Part shown: in pieces, positions 49,694 through 62,714 of the stretch
Layout: each line of letters starts with the position of its first letter
Position numbering within the stretch: the first letter of the stretch is position 1
Source: Camelus ferus
Lineage: Eukaryota
Assembly: GCF_009834535.1 (NCBI RefSeq)
Contig: NC_045697.1
Location: 87,484,001 to 87,548,000, forward strand
DNA: 64,000 nucleotides
Direction: 5' to 3'
Translations under genes and position numbers: made by a program
Notes under the pieces: model-generated
Told to the model about the DNA's origin: nothing
Database searches by the model: none
What the model saw: the letters and a program-made list of their open reading frames with translations, nothing else

Positions 49694-51069
49694 TGCTGTT
49701 TATTCTGCCTGGAAGTCCAACGACAGGACAGACCAGCTAAATGAACCTTTTATTCCTCCCATTCTCTGGCAGGAATTCCTTAGGTCACAAACATTTATTA
49801 ATATTAGATTAAGGGAGAGGCATCAGAACTCTCCAAAGAAGCTTCCCTCATACTGTGGAAAACCTGTAAAAAGGTTTTTATCTTCCTTGTGAGCTATGAA
49901 TTCTTTGGGGATGCGGGAATCTTGGGGAACTTGGAAAATATAGTGTAAGGGCATTATAAAGATCAAGGTTTGCCAAGATTTTATGTTGATAAATATTTAT
50001 TTCCACATCTGTTTTCTATGTGTTCCCTTTCTTTCTTCCGTCTCCCTCCCAACCCAACAACACACAGACAAAAGGAAGTGGAGGCGTAAACAATTAACTG
50101 GTGACTGTAGGACTTACTGTTTAAGAATCTGGGTAATTAAGTCCTAATTTCTCCATTCTACCTACAATTTGGTAAATTAAAAAAAAAGATTTTGAGATGC
50201 AGTCTCATTTATGTCAATTAAGAAATCTCTCTGTGCTACCCTTTTACTGATGTTTTTCTGTTTAACGCCCCTCAGAACAGTTCAGCATTTCCTGCTCTGG
50301 TTAAAGTATTTTCAAATCTCTACGTGGTACGTATTTTAAGATGTATTTTAACCACCAATGTCATTGGTGACTGTAATCATTGAAAGGAAAGTACTCTGTG
50401 ATACACTAGTTGTTTTAGTGTCTTTTAATCAATACTTCCTATAAACAGACTTTGTCCTGAGGGACTGGAATCTGCAGCTATTTCCTTTATGCATTTGTAG
50501 TGACCTCAAATGTATCACAGCCTCTTATCTGTAGCTAATCCCACGTGTGTGGCGAAGACTTTCAGTAAGGTATTGACTGGAGTCCTCCTGGAGGTATTGG
50601 TGGAAGATGGTGCCAGTGATGATGCTACAGAACAGTCTGAAAAAGGAGCCAGTCTGCATTTTGAAGGATCACCCACATTTCTAATGAGGCCTCTGAAGAG
50701 ATTCCTGGCAGCTGAAGAACAATAATATGATAGAGATTGATTATTTTGTGGTTTAGAAGTGAAATCCTTGCACATGGTGAATACTGCGGTTGACTGTGAA
50801 GATGAAAATTAGACCTCTATAGAAGACCTTGTGAAGAATAGCCTATCGGGGAGACAGTTATCTGAGCAATGTCAGCTTTCCCAGATTAGGAAGGATCTCT
50901 AAACTTTAGTGAATGGTTTTTCCTTTATTTTTTTATTTTTTATTTTTGTTTTTACATGATACCAGTCCTCAAGATTCAGAGTCAGCTGCAACTGGGAGTT
51001 TACCAAGGATGGTGAGCTGATTTCTACTTCAAAGAGGCAGTTGGAAAAAGAGCAGCCTTGATAAAGGGG

Positions 51070-51285
51070 GGCTGTGATGGCCCCACGAGGTTTTGAGTGA
51101 ACATGCTTTCCTGCTGATTAGCTGTGTGGCTCTGGGCAAGTTTCTTAACCTGTCTGAGCCTCAGTTTCCTCATCTGTAAAATAGAGATCATAATGCCTAC
51201 TTTGTGGTATTTGGTTGTGAGTATTTGATGTGTATAGTGTAAAGATGTCTGGCAAAGCAGTCAGCCCTCAGTAAATACCATCTGT
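51070..51285 (+). mobile_element. MIR
   Basis: TTAGCTGTGTGGCTCTGGGCAAGTTTCTTAACCTGTCTGAGCCTCAGTTTCCTCATCTGTAAAATAGAG. Confidence 0.88.
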
Positions 51286-54229
51286 TTCCCCTCCTATCTC
51301 ACTCCCTTGTTCTCTTCCTTATCTTACACTTGCTTAATGGTACTTGAAGTTGGGCAAGACGCTTTACTTCTCTGAACCTCATTTCTAAAATGAGGAGGCA
51401 ATGTCTCTAGGTTCCTCCGGGTTCTGAACTTGTAGAGTCTCATGAAGTATGAAAGGAAATATTTGTAGTCAACCACCAGGAGTGTTAATTGACAAAGGCA
51501 TGGTTTTTGAAGGCTCAGACGTGCCACTGTCAGACGGTGCTCTGATAGTGCCTCCTTGGTGCTGTTGAGTATTGAATCTTCATGTTGTATTTCCCAGAAT
51601 CCTGGTTGGAATAGTTGCAGATTCAGGTTGTGGGATGGTGAGCTCTCTGTTGGTGGAATGGGTGCATATTCTACAGTCCTTCTCCAGTTTCTGGTTTTGC
51701 TCTGGGAGACCTTTATCATCCCGGAGCTCAAGAGATCCCTGAAGGCAAGACATTGGTTTTTCAGTCTTGTAACCCTGGTGATCAACAGGCTGCCCAGAAG
51801 GGAGGAGGTGTTCAGTCAGTCATGAATGAATCAATCAAGTTGACATCATTTACTGACCATCTCCCCAGGCCAGAGGCTGTGCTAGAGCTTTACTTACATT
51901 ATTGTATTTATTGTGATACAATTCAAGTACAAATCAGGCAGCAGTTTTCTTCATGTACTTTGGAAAAGTAGATGTAAGAAGGCTGTCCCCTACCAGATTT
52001 CTTCCCTCTGCTTCTCCAGCCCTCTGCTGACCTGTATCCTCAGCCCCATGGTACTTTGATGACGTATCACATCGTAACCTGGTATTTGAAAGGACTATAG
52101 GCATTTAGAATGCAGGTGCCCCATGGCCTTCGCTGTCTGCATGACAGTGTGATCTTCTCCACAAAATGATTTGCGTTCTGCTGGAGCTGGAGCTCAGCTG
52201 CTCTTGCAGGATCCTGTGTTTGATGTTCCTGGTTGCCCCCAGAAGCCCCAGTTATCTCTTGATTATCCAAGAGACGGGGTTATCACCTGGCTCCCAGCCT
52301 CTTGGAGACTGGCCTTCTCCTTAGCATCTCTGCCAGAGGGCGGGAGAGGGAAAGCAAAAAAAGCTGAAACTCAAACCAGTGCATTTTGCTGCTTGGATAC
52401 AGTGCTGGTAAACGGCTGGACCAGAGGAGAAGAAGACTGAAGTGGTCCGATTCCCACAGCTGTCTGGCCCATTTCCCAAAGGTTCTGCTGGCTAGCGGGT
52501 TTGAGGCGAGGAAGTGGCTCAGGTGTGGTTTCAGGGCTGGACGTTGCCTCTCTCATCAGAAAAGATGGGATCAAATCTATAGGTCATTCCTATGTTTGAA
52601 AAAGTGGTTGACCAGTCTTCTATGTATGATTATTGCTGGAACACCCCGGGTAGGGCCTGTGTGCCAATCGTGTGGCGGTGTAAGGTAGAGGGTGGCAGGA
52701 GGGGTGGCTGTGGTTGTTTTCATCTCAAGTTCCTTGACATTTGGGGCATGAGACAGAAGTATATAGTTTTGGTTTGGCGTTCTACGACTATCCAGCTGGG
52801 TTATTTTTTCTTTCCTCCTTTTTTATGGGGTAGTTTAAGGTTTAGGTTTTCTTTTTTTAACCACAGAACCTAATTTAATTGTGGTATTTAAAAAATTATT
52901 ATTTTGTATATGTGCCCAGAGCTTTTGGGGTTATTGGTAAACTTGAAAAGATACCACAGTGCATGTAAACATATATAATTTAAGAACCAGTCATGACTGA
53001 GGCTTATTACATCCTTTGGAAAATTCTTACTTGGGAGCAATTCTAATTAACAAGAAATTTTCTGGTTTCCTTCTTGCATGCTTTATTAATAATAATGCTA
53101 TTAGTCAGATAGAATCTTTTTTTCCCTCCTAGGATATAATCTTTTCCTATTCCCTTTTTCAGTAGTCAGTTCTATTGCAATTGCCTTTAATACAAAGTGT
53201 GGTATACTTGTGATGACAAACAGCTAACCTGATCAAGATAAGAACAGTTGGATTCTTAAAAAGGAGAAATTTTGCAGATTTTTTTAAAAATAATAAACTC
53301 AGTGAAAATGAGTTCCTGTAGGGAAACTTCATTAAAGTGCAATTGGTTTATTCAAAAAAATCTTAAAATTTAAAGGATATGCTCTTCCCCTGGTTAACTA
53401 AATTTCCTGGGTGGTGGTGGTGTTTAAATAAAGAGATTGGATAACTCACTTGGCTCTTCAAAACTATTTTATTTTTCCTGTCATTTGAATTCCAGGTTAA
53501 GACAGTTGAATTCTTTTAAGTAATGAGGAGACTAATGTCTGAGTGAAACACTGATAAAATGTACTGCATATTTCTGACTATGCTTGGGACCACAGTGACC
53601 AAGAGTGGTTAGGCTGTGAGCTTTTGGTATTCGGAGGCAACGGTAACTTGATTCTTCATTCTTGAAAGTGTCAGGATCTAGTGAAGAAGAGGCTGTTGTG
53701 TAGGAAAGGTGTGATCGCAGCTCAGTTCTAAGATGTAAGACGCACACAGTGAGCCTCTCGAGTGCATCCACCACAGCTGATGGTGGCCCTTTTTAACTTC
53801 GGGCACGGGAATTTATTCGAGGTATTTATTTATTTTATTTTTTCTGGCATGGAAATTTGTGTTATAAAATAATATTTATTAGCAAAATCAGTTGCTCGAT
53901 GTCAACTGAGAGTTTAAAAATGAATTAAGCTTGTAATATTTCTTGGAGCTATTGTGTGCTGTAGCCCTAAAAACTGAGAACTTAAGCCCTTAAGAAAGTT
54001 ATACTTGATACAACGAAGCAGCATCCAGTGCTATTGTCAGCATCATTTCTAGAAATCCTTTTAAAACATCTGTAGCAACTATTTATTTATGTTATTATAA
54101 GAAATGATAAAATGCATAGGAAAACACTATTTACAATGGATATTTGCTTAATATTCAGTACATGTAAACCTGAACTCAATCTTTAGCACATGAGCTGTAG
54201 TATCTGCCAGGATGGGTGTGTGTCTCCCA

Positions 54230-54400
54230 TTGGAAGACTGTCTTTCCCAGGCATCACTTCCTTGGAAAGAGGCTTTGTTTGTGATCACACGGCTGTTGGA
54301 TTAGACATGAGTCACATTTGATACGCTGTGACCACCATCCTTCTAAAGGGTTCTCTGCCCAACTTCAGGTGTATCAGTGCCGGGGAAGGAAGTGGCAGTA
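54230..54400. promoter_or_regulatory. Putative enhancer motif cluster (ETS, STAT, AP-1)
   Basis: CACTTCCTTGGAA (ETS overlapping TTC-N4-GAA), ATGAGTCAC, GGAAGGAAGTGG within 170 bp of repeat-free DNA. Confidence 0.35.
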
Positions 54401-54799
54401 ACAAGTTATCATAAATAACAGGTGAGAGATCGTTTGTCTCAATGAATAGCTGAAGGAAGCTGCAGGACTTCTAGTCTCATCTCCTAGATCCTCATTCTGC
54501 TCGTGATGGTTAATACTTGCTGTGGAAGATCTTCTTAGCTAGGGAAAGGCTTGATGACGTTTCATACTTCTTAATTCAGTTCTTTCTATGTCACCAAGGA
54601 GCCACTTTCCTGTGTTGTCTAAACTTCGTAATTGTTAAAGTAGAGATACTAAACTATGTTGAGAAAATGAGTAGACGTTTGCAAAGTAGTTTAGCTAATT
54701 CAAGATTTAGAAAACAATGTTGTGGGTTCTCAGGGAATATTAAACAGCATTGGCTATGTACCTCCATCTAGTTTGAAATGCTGATGGAAGTAACTCAGA

Positions 54800-54970
54800 T
54801 TTATTGGTTGTCCGCTATGAACCAGACACCTTGCAAGGTCCTTAGATGTCCTAGCATATTAAATCCCTTGCGGTGGTATTACTAGCTCTATTTTAAAGAT
54901 GAAGTAACTGAGATTTTTAAAGGTTTAGCCAAATTTCCCAAGGTCACACAGGTAGTAAGTGGCAAGCCAA
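54800..54970 (-). mobile_element. MIR fragment
   Basis: ATTTTAAAGATGAAGTAACTGAG...CCCAAGGTCACACAGGTAGTAAGTGGCA. Confidence 0.8.
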
Positions 54971-55911
54971 TCTTTCATGAAAACTCATGTCTACAGTCTG
55001 TTTCTCTAGAATTCATAGGTCTTTGCTGCTAGAGAGAAAGATAATCTTTGGCAAATCTACAGCATTAGATATTTAAGCAAATTCCCCATGAGTGCAATTA
55101 TAAAGCAGCATTCTACGTGACACAGATATTATATACGTACTCATTACCATCAGCCTCTCCTCTATCAAGCAGCTAACCTGGTTCTGGGAGTCTTCCTTCA
55201 TGAAATGTATTAGATTGATCTTCTGTTGATTGCAAAAGCTAAAACACTATTCAGGTTCTGAAAACATAGCATTTGAATAGTTAACTGGTCCCTGTTAACT
55301 CTGGTCCTTGTTGAGGAGTATGACTAAATTAATATACTGAACCACCATTTCCGTTGTCATCCAGTGTCTGCCAGTTCACTGCAGGCAAGTCAGAACGTGG
55401 AAGGATTTATATAGTCTGTCTCTAAACTACTTTTTAAAGAATCCCCTACCACCTCTCCTATACCTGGACGTGGATCCGGTGTTGCCAAATGGTCTCCCCA
55501 CATCTCTAACTGTGCTCCTGACTGTTCACTGCTTAATAAACATGACCCTTCTGAGTCCAGTTAAGATCGAAGTTCTTTTCTAAAGCTACCGCTATTAGCC
55601 CTGAGGTCAAGACATCGTTTCCACTTAGGTCACCTCTTGTTAAACCAGTTGTTTGGCCATAGCTACTTACTGCCAGGTATAAGGAAGAGAATAGGGTTGA
55701 ATATGACCCTTTCACTTACTGTCTGTGTGACCTTTGGCAGGTCACTTCATACATACGACTCAGTCTCGTTGAATATAACATGGGTAATGGTATGGAACTG
55801 TCCCCATTTGACCTACCAAGGGTGGGTTTCTTTTCTTCTTTGCAGCTCAGTTCCTGAAGTTGTAAAATAGAGATAAGAAGAATAATTGATAGAATTGGTG
55901 TCACCATTAAC

Positions 55912-56338
55912 TGTGACTGATTAGGATGAGTTAGGTTATGTTGCTGGATAAATCAAACCCAAATCTCGCTGTTATTAACACCACAATGTTCTTGCCCACA
56001 CACCATATCCTTCTCAGGCTGGCAGGAACTCTGCTCTGCGATGTTCCTATTCAGGGACCCTGGTTGCCAGAGCCTTCACCAGCTGGAATAATAATAACGC
56101 AGTCACTGTGGCGGGAGGGAGAAGATGGAGTGAACTGTGTGCCGGTTCTTGAAGCTGCTGCTTGGCAGTGGTGCACATCACTCCCCCTCACGTTTCATCA
56201 GCCAAAGCAAGTCTCATGCCCCAGCTTACCTCAAAGGGGCAGAGAAGAGTGATCCCCCAAGTGCTCAGAAGCACGAGGCCCGGAATCATCAGGGAGTGGC
56301 CCTGACCATGGTCACAGTTTGTGTCATTGGGCCATTTT
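55912..56338 (-). mobile_element. MaLR LTR (MLT1K/L-like)
   Basis: TGATTAGGATGAGTTAGGTTATGTTGC...CCCAAATCTC; CAGGGACCC; CATCAGCCAAAGCAAGTCTCATGCCC. Confidence 0.7.
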
Positions 56339-58034
56339 CGTGTGGTACATTTCAAGGTTTATGAGTCCTTCTACAACGTAGGCTCCTTGGAGTGAGAATG
56401 AAGGCTGGATCCCCTGCCCTCCTGGCACCACGGTGATCAGCATAGATCTTCAGGACACGTTTTACTGAATAGACGATTGGAGGACTTCTCCGAGTGGCTT
56501 TTCCTCTGATGCTAGGTTCTAAGTCCCAGGATTTACTCTAGTTTTCAGAAGAGTCTCAGGAAGAATTTACAAAATGCAAACCCAACATGAGGTCTTCCAA
56601 AGGCCTTACCAGCTCCTGCCATCTTTTCCTCTTGAGCCCATGTGGAAATGTCCACTGTGGACTTGGTGGCGTTAAGGGAAGTGCTCCTTTAAAGCTTCAG
56701 TTTCCTTCTCTAAAGGCCCATAGACAAAGGCCAGTGTTAATTACCCACTAGTCTTAAGCAGCAGTACGTTTCATAGATCAGAAGAGGTGAGTCTATCATG
56801 TCAGGACTCGGGCATGCTCAGCTGTGAGAACGTACTCGAAGTCAACTTATCTGCACCTGCGGAAGGGCTGGAGAAGCTCCTTGGTGCTGAGCGATGAAAT
56901 TTTCAATTGAAGATCACCTGTTGAATAGTCTGAAATCATATTACCAACCTTTTATTTGCTCTTTCTTTTCTAATTATGTAAGACATTTGTATTTGTTATG
57001 GAAAAGTCAGCAAATACAAATGGACAAAAAGGAAAAAAAAAACTCCATAAAAGGGACAATTAGCCAAAAGAAAAACATCTTATTTCTCATCTTGAGTTAA
57101 TATCTTTTAAACAAAACACCATATACTCTTTCATTGCTGTGGTGAATGTTTCTTACAACACTGATCAATTAACATACTGTGTTAGAGTTTCTGTCACTAC
57201 ACTGTAATTTTACAGACAGTAAATTTACATCATAAGCTTGGCCTGATGTTTTCAAAGAAATTCCTTTTTATTAAACAAATTTTAAACAATACATAACAAC
57301 TGTCTTTCTCTGACTTAGAATTACAAATCCCAGATGCAAGCATGGCTTTTTAAAAGTCACAAAAACAATCTTTAAGTAAACAAAGTGAAGTGGGTCCCAA
57401 GGAAGCAGTTCCATGAGTCTCTGGCTTGCTGTGCACCAGGGATGAGAGAGGTATTAGGACAAATCGAGACGTTCTGTAAGAAATGGGCAAAGGGGAGTCT
57501 CCTCTCTTGTTGGGGCCCTCGACAGGGTGCCGGGGTTGGAAAATGAGTAACTCTCCTGCTGTCTGAGCCATTTGAGGAGCCTGAGAAATGGGAGTCCGTG
57601 TTCCAGGCATCCATGGCTTTCGGTGCATTTGGTCAGGGACCAGAAGCTGTAAGTCAGAGAGCTGGCTGGCGGCAGGGAGAAGGAGGTGCCTGCGGGCTTT
57701 CCCTCTGATCTGACCCCCCGATGCTCTCCTCCACTTGACCACCCTTGAGTGAGAACGTCAGTGGGTAAATGGTGTGATCTCTTTGGGGGACTGACTCAGT
57801 CTGGAGACGCTCTGCTCTCTCAGGGCCTCTTTCCTCCTATAGGCAAGTGGGGACAATTTACCGGCTTCTGTGTCTCTGTGGATGTCTTAGAGAGGATATG
57901 GTTGTGGGCTGGGTTCGGGGTATCCAGTCTCACTAAATAGACAGCACAACTTGAGACTGAGCAAATGAACACAGAAATGGTATATGAAATGGAATGACAC
58001 TCCCAACTGAGGGACCTGGGTAAGATGACAACCA

Positions 58035-58145
58035 GTCTTTGTTTAATGCATTACAAGACAGTGTCATTATTACTCGTTATTAACTCCATCTTACAGACGA
58101 GGACATGAGGCAAGCAGAGTTGAAGAGTCTTGCCCCAAATTACAT
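58035..58145 (-). mobile_element. MIR fragment
   Basis: TTATTAACTCCATCTTACAGACGAGGACATGAGGC...CTTGCCCCAAATTACA. Confidence 0.65.
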
Positions 58146-60773
58146 GAAGATGATGTTGAAGTTTCCTTGGAGCTCAAGAGCATATGGTGACTGATCTACA
58201 TTTTCTTTCCTATAAATGCAGATAATGCTATTTCCTGCCTTTCTCTCCTCCAAGCCTTCTGTTTTCACCTCCACACCCTCCGTCTCCCCATGGTCTTGTG
58301 AATACGCTGTGAGTGTTAGTATCCGGGCTCCTTTGCTCAAACCTTCTCCCTTCCCAGTCTCACTCCTCTTTACCTGCCTAAATTCTATGTTTTTCTCAGC
58401 CTCCCTGGTCCATCCAGCCCACAGAGATCTCTGTTACCGAAAAAACTGCTCTGGTATTTGTTAGCTGTAGCCCTTCCTGAGGGCTTACAGAGTGCCTGGT
58501 GGTGGAGGTTATCTTTGTATAGGTTTATGTGTTAAACCTGCCTACGCTGTAAATTCCTACAAGGCAGAAAGAACAACCTTGTGTATAGCAAGCTTCAATG
58601 AACACTGGAGCTTTATCTCACACTTTATAATGTACTTTTCCTCCTGTATAAATATACGTAGGGTACTGTAGATTCCATAACCTCTGGGAGGAATGGTCAT
58701 ATGATTAACATCATTATTCATATTGACATAGTCCATGCGGAAAGCAATCAGGGGAGACGCTACATTGAGAATCTGAGGCTTGGGAAATATTTATCCTAGC
58801 TTCACGTTATTTAGTATTTCTTAAATAACTGAAAAGGATTTATGGATTTAATGGCATTTAACCAAGCTTAAAACTCCTGTATACTTTATTTTGTGCCATG
58901 AGCTTAAGCATCAGTAAATTGAAATCACAGACCAGAAAACCGAGCAACGTATACTGTTCAATTTCCTCGAAGTTGGGCCTCTCCCCTGGAGTCGAGCTCC
59001 TATTGAATGCTAATTCTCCGTCCATTTCATCAAAGCCTTCTCCAATCCTTTTTTAGAGTCAAAAATAAAGATCTGAATAAAACCCAACTATCTGCAACGT
59101 AATCCTGTTGATTTCAAAACCCTTAGCACAAAAGGAAAATAAGGCCCAGTGACTTTAAGGCACATGCATTCTGCATATGTTTCCTCCAAGGATACAGGGT
59201 CTCGGGTCTTAGAGGACTTAAGCCTGAAGTTTGCAACTTTGATAATAAAGGCTGTTTTGTGTTTCAACAGCATCTGATGTTTAAAGATTAATCTACCCCT
59301 AAATCCATCCTGAGGAGAAGCCCAGATGTGGTAAATAGAGATGATTCAACCAACTTTATGGGGAAGGATTGGAATTTTGCCTCAAATTGTACCCTTCGGA
59401 GACCAGAATCTCCAGTTTGGCAACAACACTGATAAAAATAAGTGAATAATTTCTAAATCTCCATTTCCCTTTGGTTTGTGAAGACAGTAATTAATTGCCA
59501 GCAAGCAGATGATTAAAAGATGCTGTGAACACTTGCATTAATGGATGTTGGGCAGTGCGAGGTAGCAACAGAGCCTGGAAATACAGGACAGATAGAGGAT
59601 ATTTTTCTGAAGAATACAAAGCTGATTTTTTTGGGGGCCTTCTTCCTTCAGAACATACCAGTTCACAGGATAATCATAATCGCTGCCGTTTATATTTACA
59701 TAATGCTTTTACCACTTGCTTTCACAGATTTTTATTCCCACTTGATCAGAGGGTGTCTGCTTTGGGCTGAGTGCCTAATCTTGAAGTAAATCATTTATTC
59801 TATGAGAATTTAAACAGGTCTTTTGGATGAAAAGTGCATTACATATTTATGAGCACTGATTTCAAGAATCACTTGCAAAGAACTATTGATGTTGCTTTAG
59901 ATTAGAAATCGGAATGTAATCGCATTTGATTCATTCTTGGTTTTATTTTCCAAAGGTTTCAAGTCACGTTTCTAAATCCCTCAGGGTCCATTTCCTCCTT
60001 GTAAGAGGAAAAACGTTTAGATGCAGGTCAGGAGTTTACTAACTTTCTGCCACAATTCTCAGTATACTGGGAAGATCAATTTTCTGAAATTAAAATGGCA
60101 GCCCCTTTTGCGAAGCAATAATAACGGTGAAGAGAATGATGATAATAAAATGTATGGGTTCTAATTCAGTCCAGCAGGAGAGAGGAGATTATAGTCTGCT
60201 AAAACAAAGTCCTTTGATGTCTGCTGTGAAGAGGGGTCCCAGAAACGGTTCTCACTTTTAAAATACATTATTGCTTGAGTGTCCCTGATTTTTTTTTTTC
60301 ATTTAGAAGTTGTTTATAAGGGTTACTGCCATTAAACCAGTTGCTTCCTGCATGATCAAATCCCCAAGAATCTAGGAGAAAAGACAATTGCATGTCACTG
60401 AAGTTATTTTTTGAGCTCCTGGGAAAAGAAAGAAAAAAATAGGATAATCATTGCTTACTGATCACTGTAGTACAACTTCACTGAAAGATTTTGCTTTTTA
60501 AAATTAAAAATAAAATCACTAGGGGAAGGCTTATTTTTCCCCTTTAAAGAATCAAGGGGAAAAAAAGAAAAAAAAAAAACAACACAAAACAAAAACGAAA
60601 GCAGGGGCAGCTTTGCAAGGCTACTGGTGCCTGAGTAGAATTGCTAACTGGTTCCCTCTCTCTGTGCTGGGCTGTCTGTATTCACTGTATCACAAGCTTG
60701 AAGCCAGACCTCATTTGACTGAGCCAAAAAATGGTCCTTTTGTTGCTGTTTTTCCCCCTAGTGTCATCTCTCA

Positions 60774-60791
60774 TGGTTGCCTGGGCAACCA
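60774..60791. promoter_or_regulatory. RFX X-box palindrome
   Basis: TGGTTGCC-TG-GGCAACCA: perfect 8-bp arms, matches GTTRCC-NN-RGYAAC. Confidence 0.6.
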
Positions 60792-61759
60792 GTGTGTATC
60801 CTTTCAGCATAGGTTACTGGGCCCCAGGAAGGAAGTGCTCCAGCGCTGGCCTGCTATTTTTATAGAACCGTTACATAATACAATCTATTAAAGCTTCCTC
60901 TTGGTGTTTTATTGCACAAAGGGGAAATTAAGTTTGATGACTCTTAAATGTTGGATGGAGGATGTCAGGTGACTTGGATTGTTTGGCTCAGGCCACATAG
61001 CAACAATATTCCTATATGCAATTCAAGGAGAACCGATATACAATCATGCCCTTGGCAGTGATTGCTTGCCTGCTGATCACTGGAGGAAACTGAGCCCTCA
61101 GTTGCTCAAGGGTGCAAGTTTTGTCCAAGTGCACAATGCTCCCTCTCTGGTAGGACGGCAGCGGACAATGGAACACTATTCACAGCTGAAGGCAAAGGAA
61201 ATTTTAAAGGTGTAGCACATATGCTTTTAATAGGCAGGATGATTACTGGAAAAGAGAATTGGATTGAAAGGAGAGGACCGGGATTCTTTCCCCAGAACTG
61301 TCTCTTAAGCATCGCATGAATGCTTTGCACGCTGCTGTCACGCCTTAGTCAGATGTGCCGCTGGGTGACTCTGAAGTGGTCCCAGGCAGGGAGGCATCAG
61401 GAGAGGGAAGGCGGGGTAGTGAGCTGGCCTTCCAGAGGACAGCCCCGAAGGCTGCAGAGCCCTTTTACGCTTGTAGTGCGACTTCAAGCATTCTCCACTT
61501 GCTACAAAACCAACAGGGTGTGCAAGTTCTTCGTTCTTATTTTCCCCTCCTTACTTATGGGTTACAGTTTGCCACTAGTCTGGATTAAAGAAGGTGCAGT
61601 TGTACAGTGGGATCAGAAGATCTGTCCTGGAGAAGAAATGAACCCTTGAACCCCCAGGAGAGATTTGTGACCACAAGTGACCTGAGATTGGGGTTTAGCG
61701 CTAGAGAGGGTCTGAGCTGGCCGCTCTCTCCTGTCCCTTCACCCTCTCCCTCTGCTGCT

Positions 61760-62520
61760 TTATTCACTCCCATCACATCACATCAACAAAAACTCGAGGC
61801 CTCTGACTCTTAACATCTGTGTCCCCAGCCTGCTTTTCTTCCAGGCTGACCTGTCCTGTGTTCCCAGCTGCCTGATGGAGATCTTTTCCTGGATGCCTCA
61901 CTTTACCCCAGGCTCCACATACTTAACATGAAACACATTTCTTTTGTTTCCCCGCCCGGGACCCTTGCAGACCGCCTGGTTTCATGAAGAGCTGATTTCA
62001 GAGAATGTTAAATGTTGCGGATCATCTGGTCCATCTTTACATTAATTAGATGAAGAAGATGAGGCTGAAGAGGTTAAGTTCAAGGTCACCCAGAGAGCTG
62101 AGAACAGAGGCAAGACCTCTTTGTGATGGGCCACATTCCGTTCCGTGCACATTTGATGTCCCTAGGAATTTTGAGCCCCCCTCCCTCACGCGGTCGTATC
62201 AGCCCTTCTTTCATGATCTCTCATAATCTAATCTTTGTCTCTCATTTCCACTCCTGCTGCAGTAACTGAGGTCTAATTTGCCTCAAACTTAGACGACTTT
62301 AGTTTCCTAGTTGGTTGCTGCCTTGGACCTCTACCTCTTGAGTCAATATTGTATTCAACCTTTGCAAAAACTTCACAACTTTATCATGTCACTTTATTAA
62401 GCAAACGCATTTGCTGGCTTATATTCAAGCCCGAATTTAACTCTCCATAATCTGACCCTCCCACTGCCCATGTGCCTTTCTCGCTTTATCATCCATCCCA
62501 ATCTGTGGCCCTCTGTTCAC
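61760..62520 (+). mobile_element. Decayed L2 fragments (with a MIR piece ~62030-62110)
   Basis: TGTGTCCCCAGCC...CAGCTGCCTGATGGAGATCTTTTCCTGGATGCCTCAC; ATCATGTCACT; CTCCATAATCTGACCC. Confidence 0.55.
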
Positions 62521-62714
62521 CAAGGTTTTTTAATTTGCCTTCCTTTCCTCCCCCCACAGGTCAGAGATTCATGGACTGCTTTCCTTTTTTGATGTTACTG
62601 CTTCAGACAGGATGATTTCTGATGAAATATTCCCAATCCTATTCTCTAGGGCTTCCAGGAAATTGAAAATGATATGGATTGGATAGAATCATAATGAATA
62701 TATTGTTCAAAACT

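Noticed and set aside
49067..49744. Cluster of 112-190-aa ORFs
   Set aside because: Inflated by the stop-free (TTTG)n tract and MIR sequence; the repeated MWSAFVTR on both strands simply reflects the inverted repeat.
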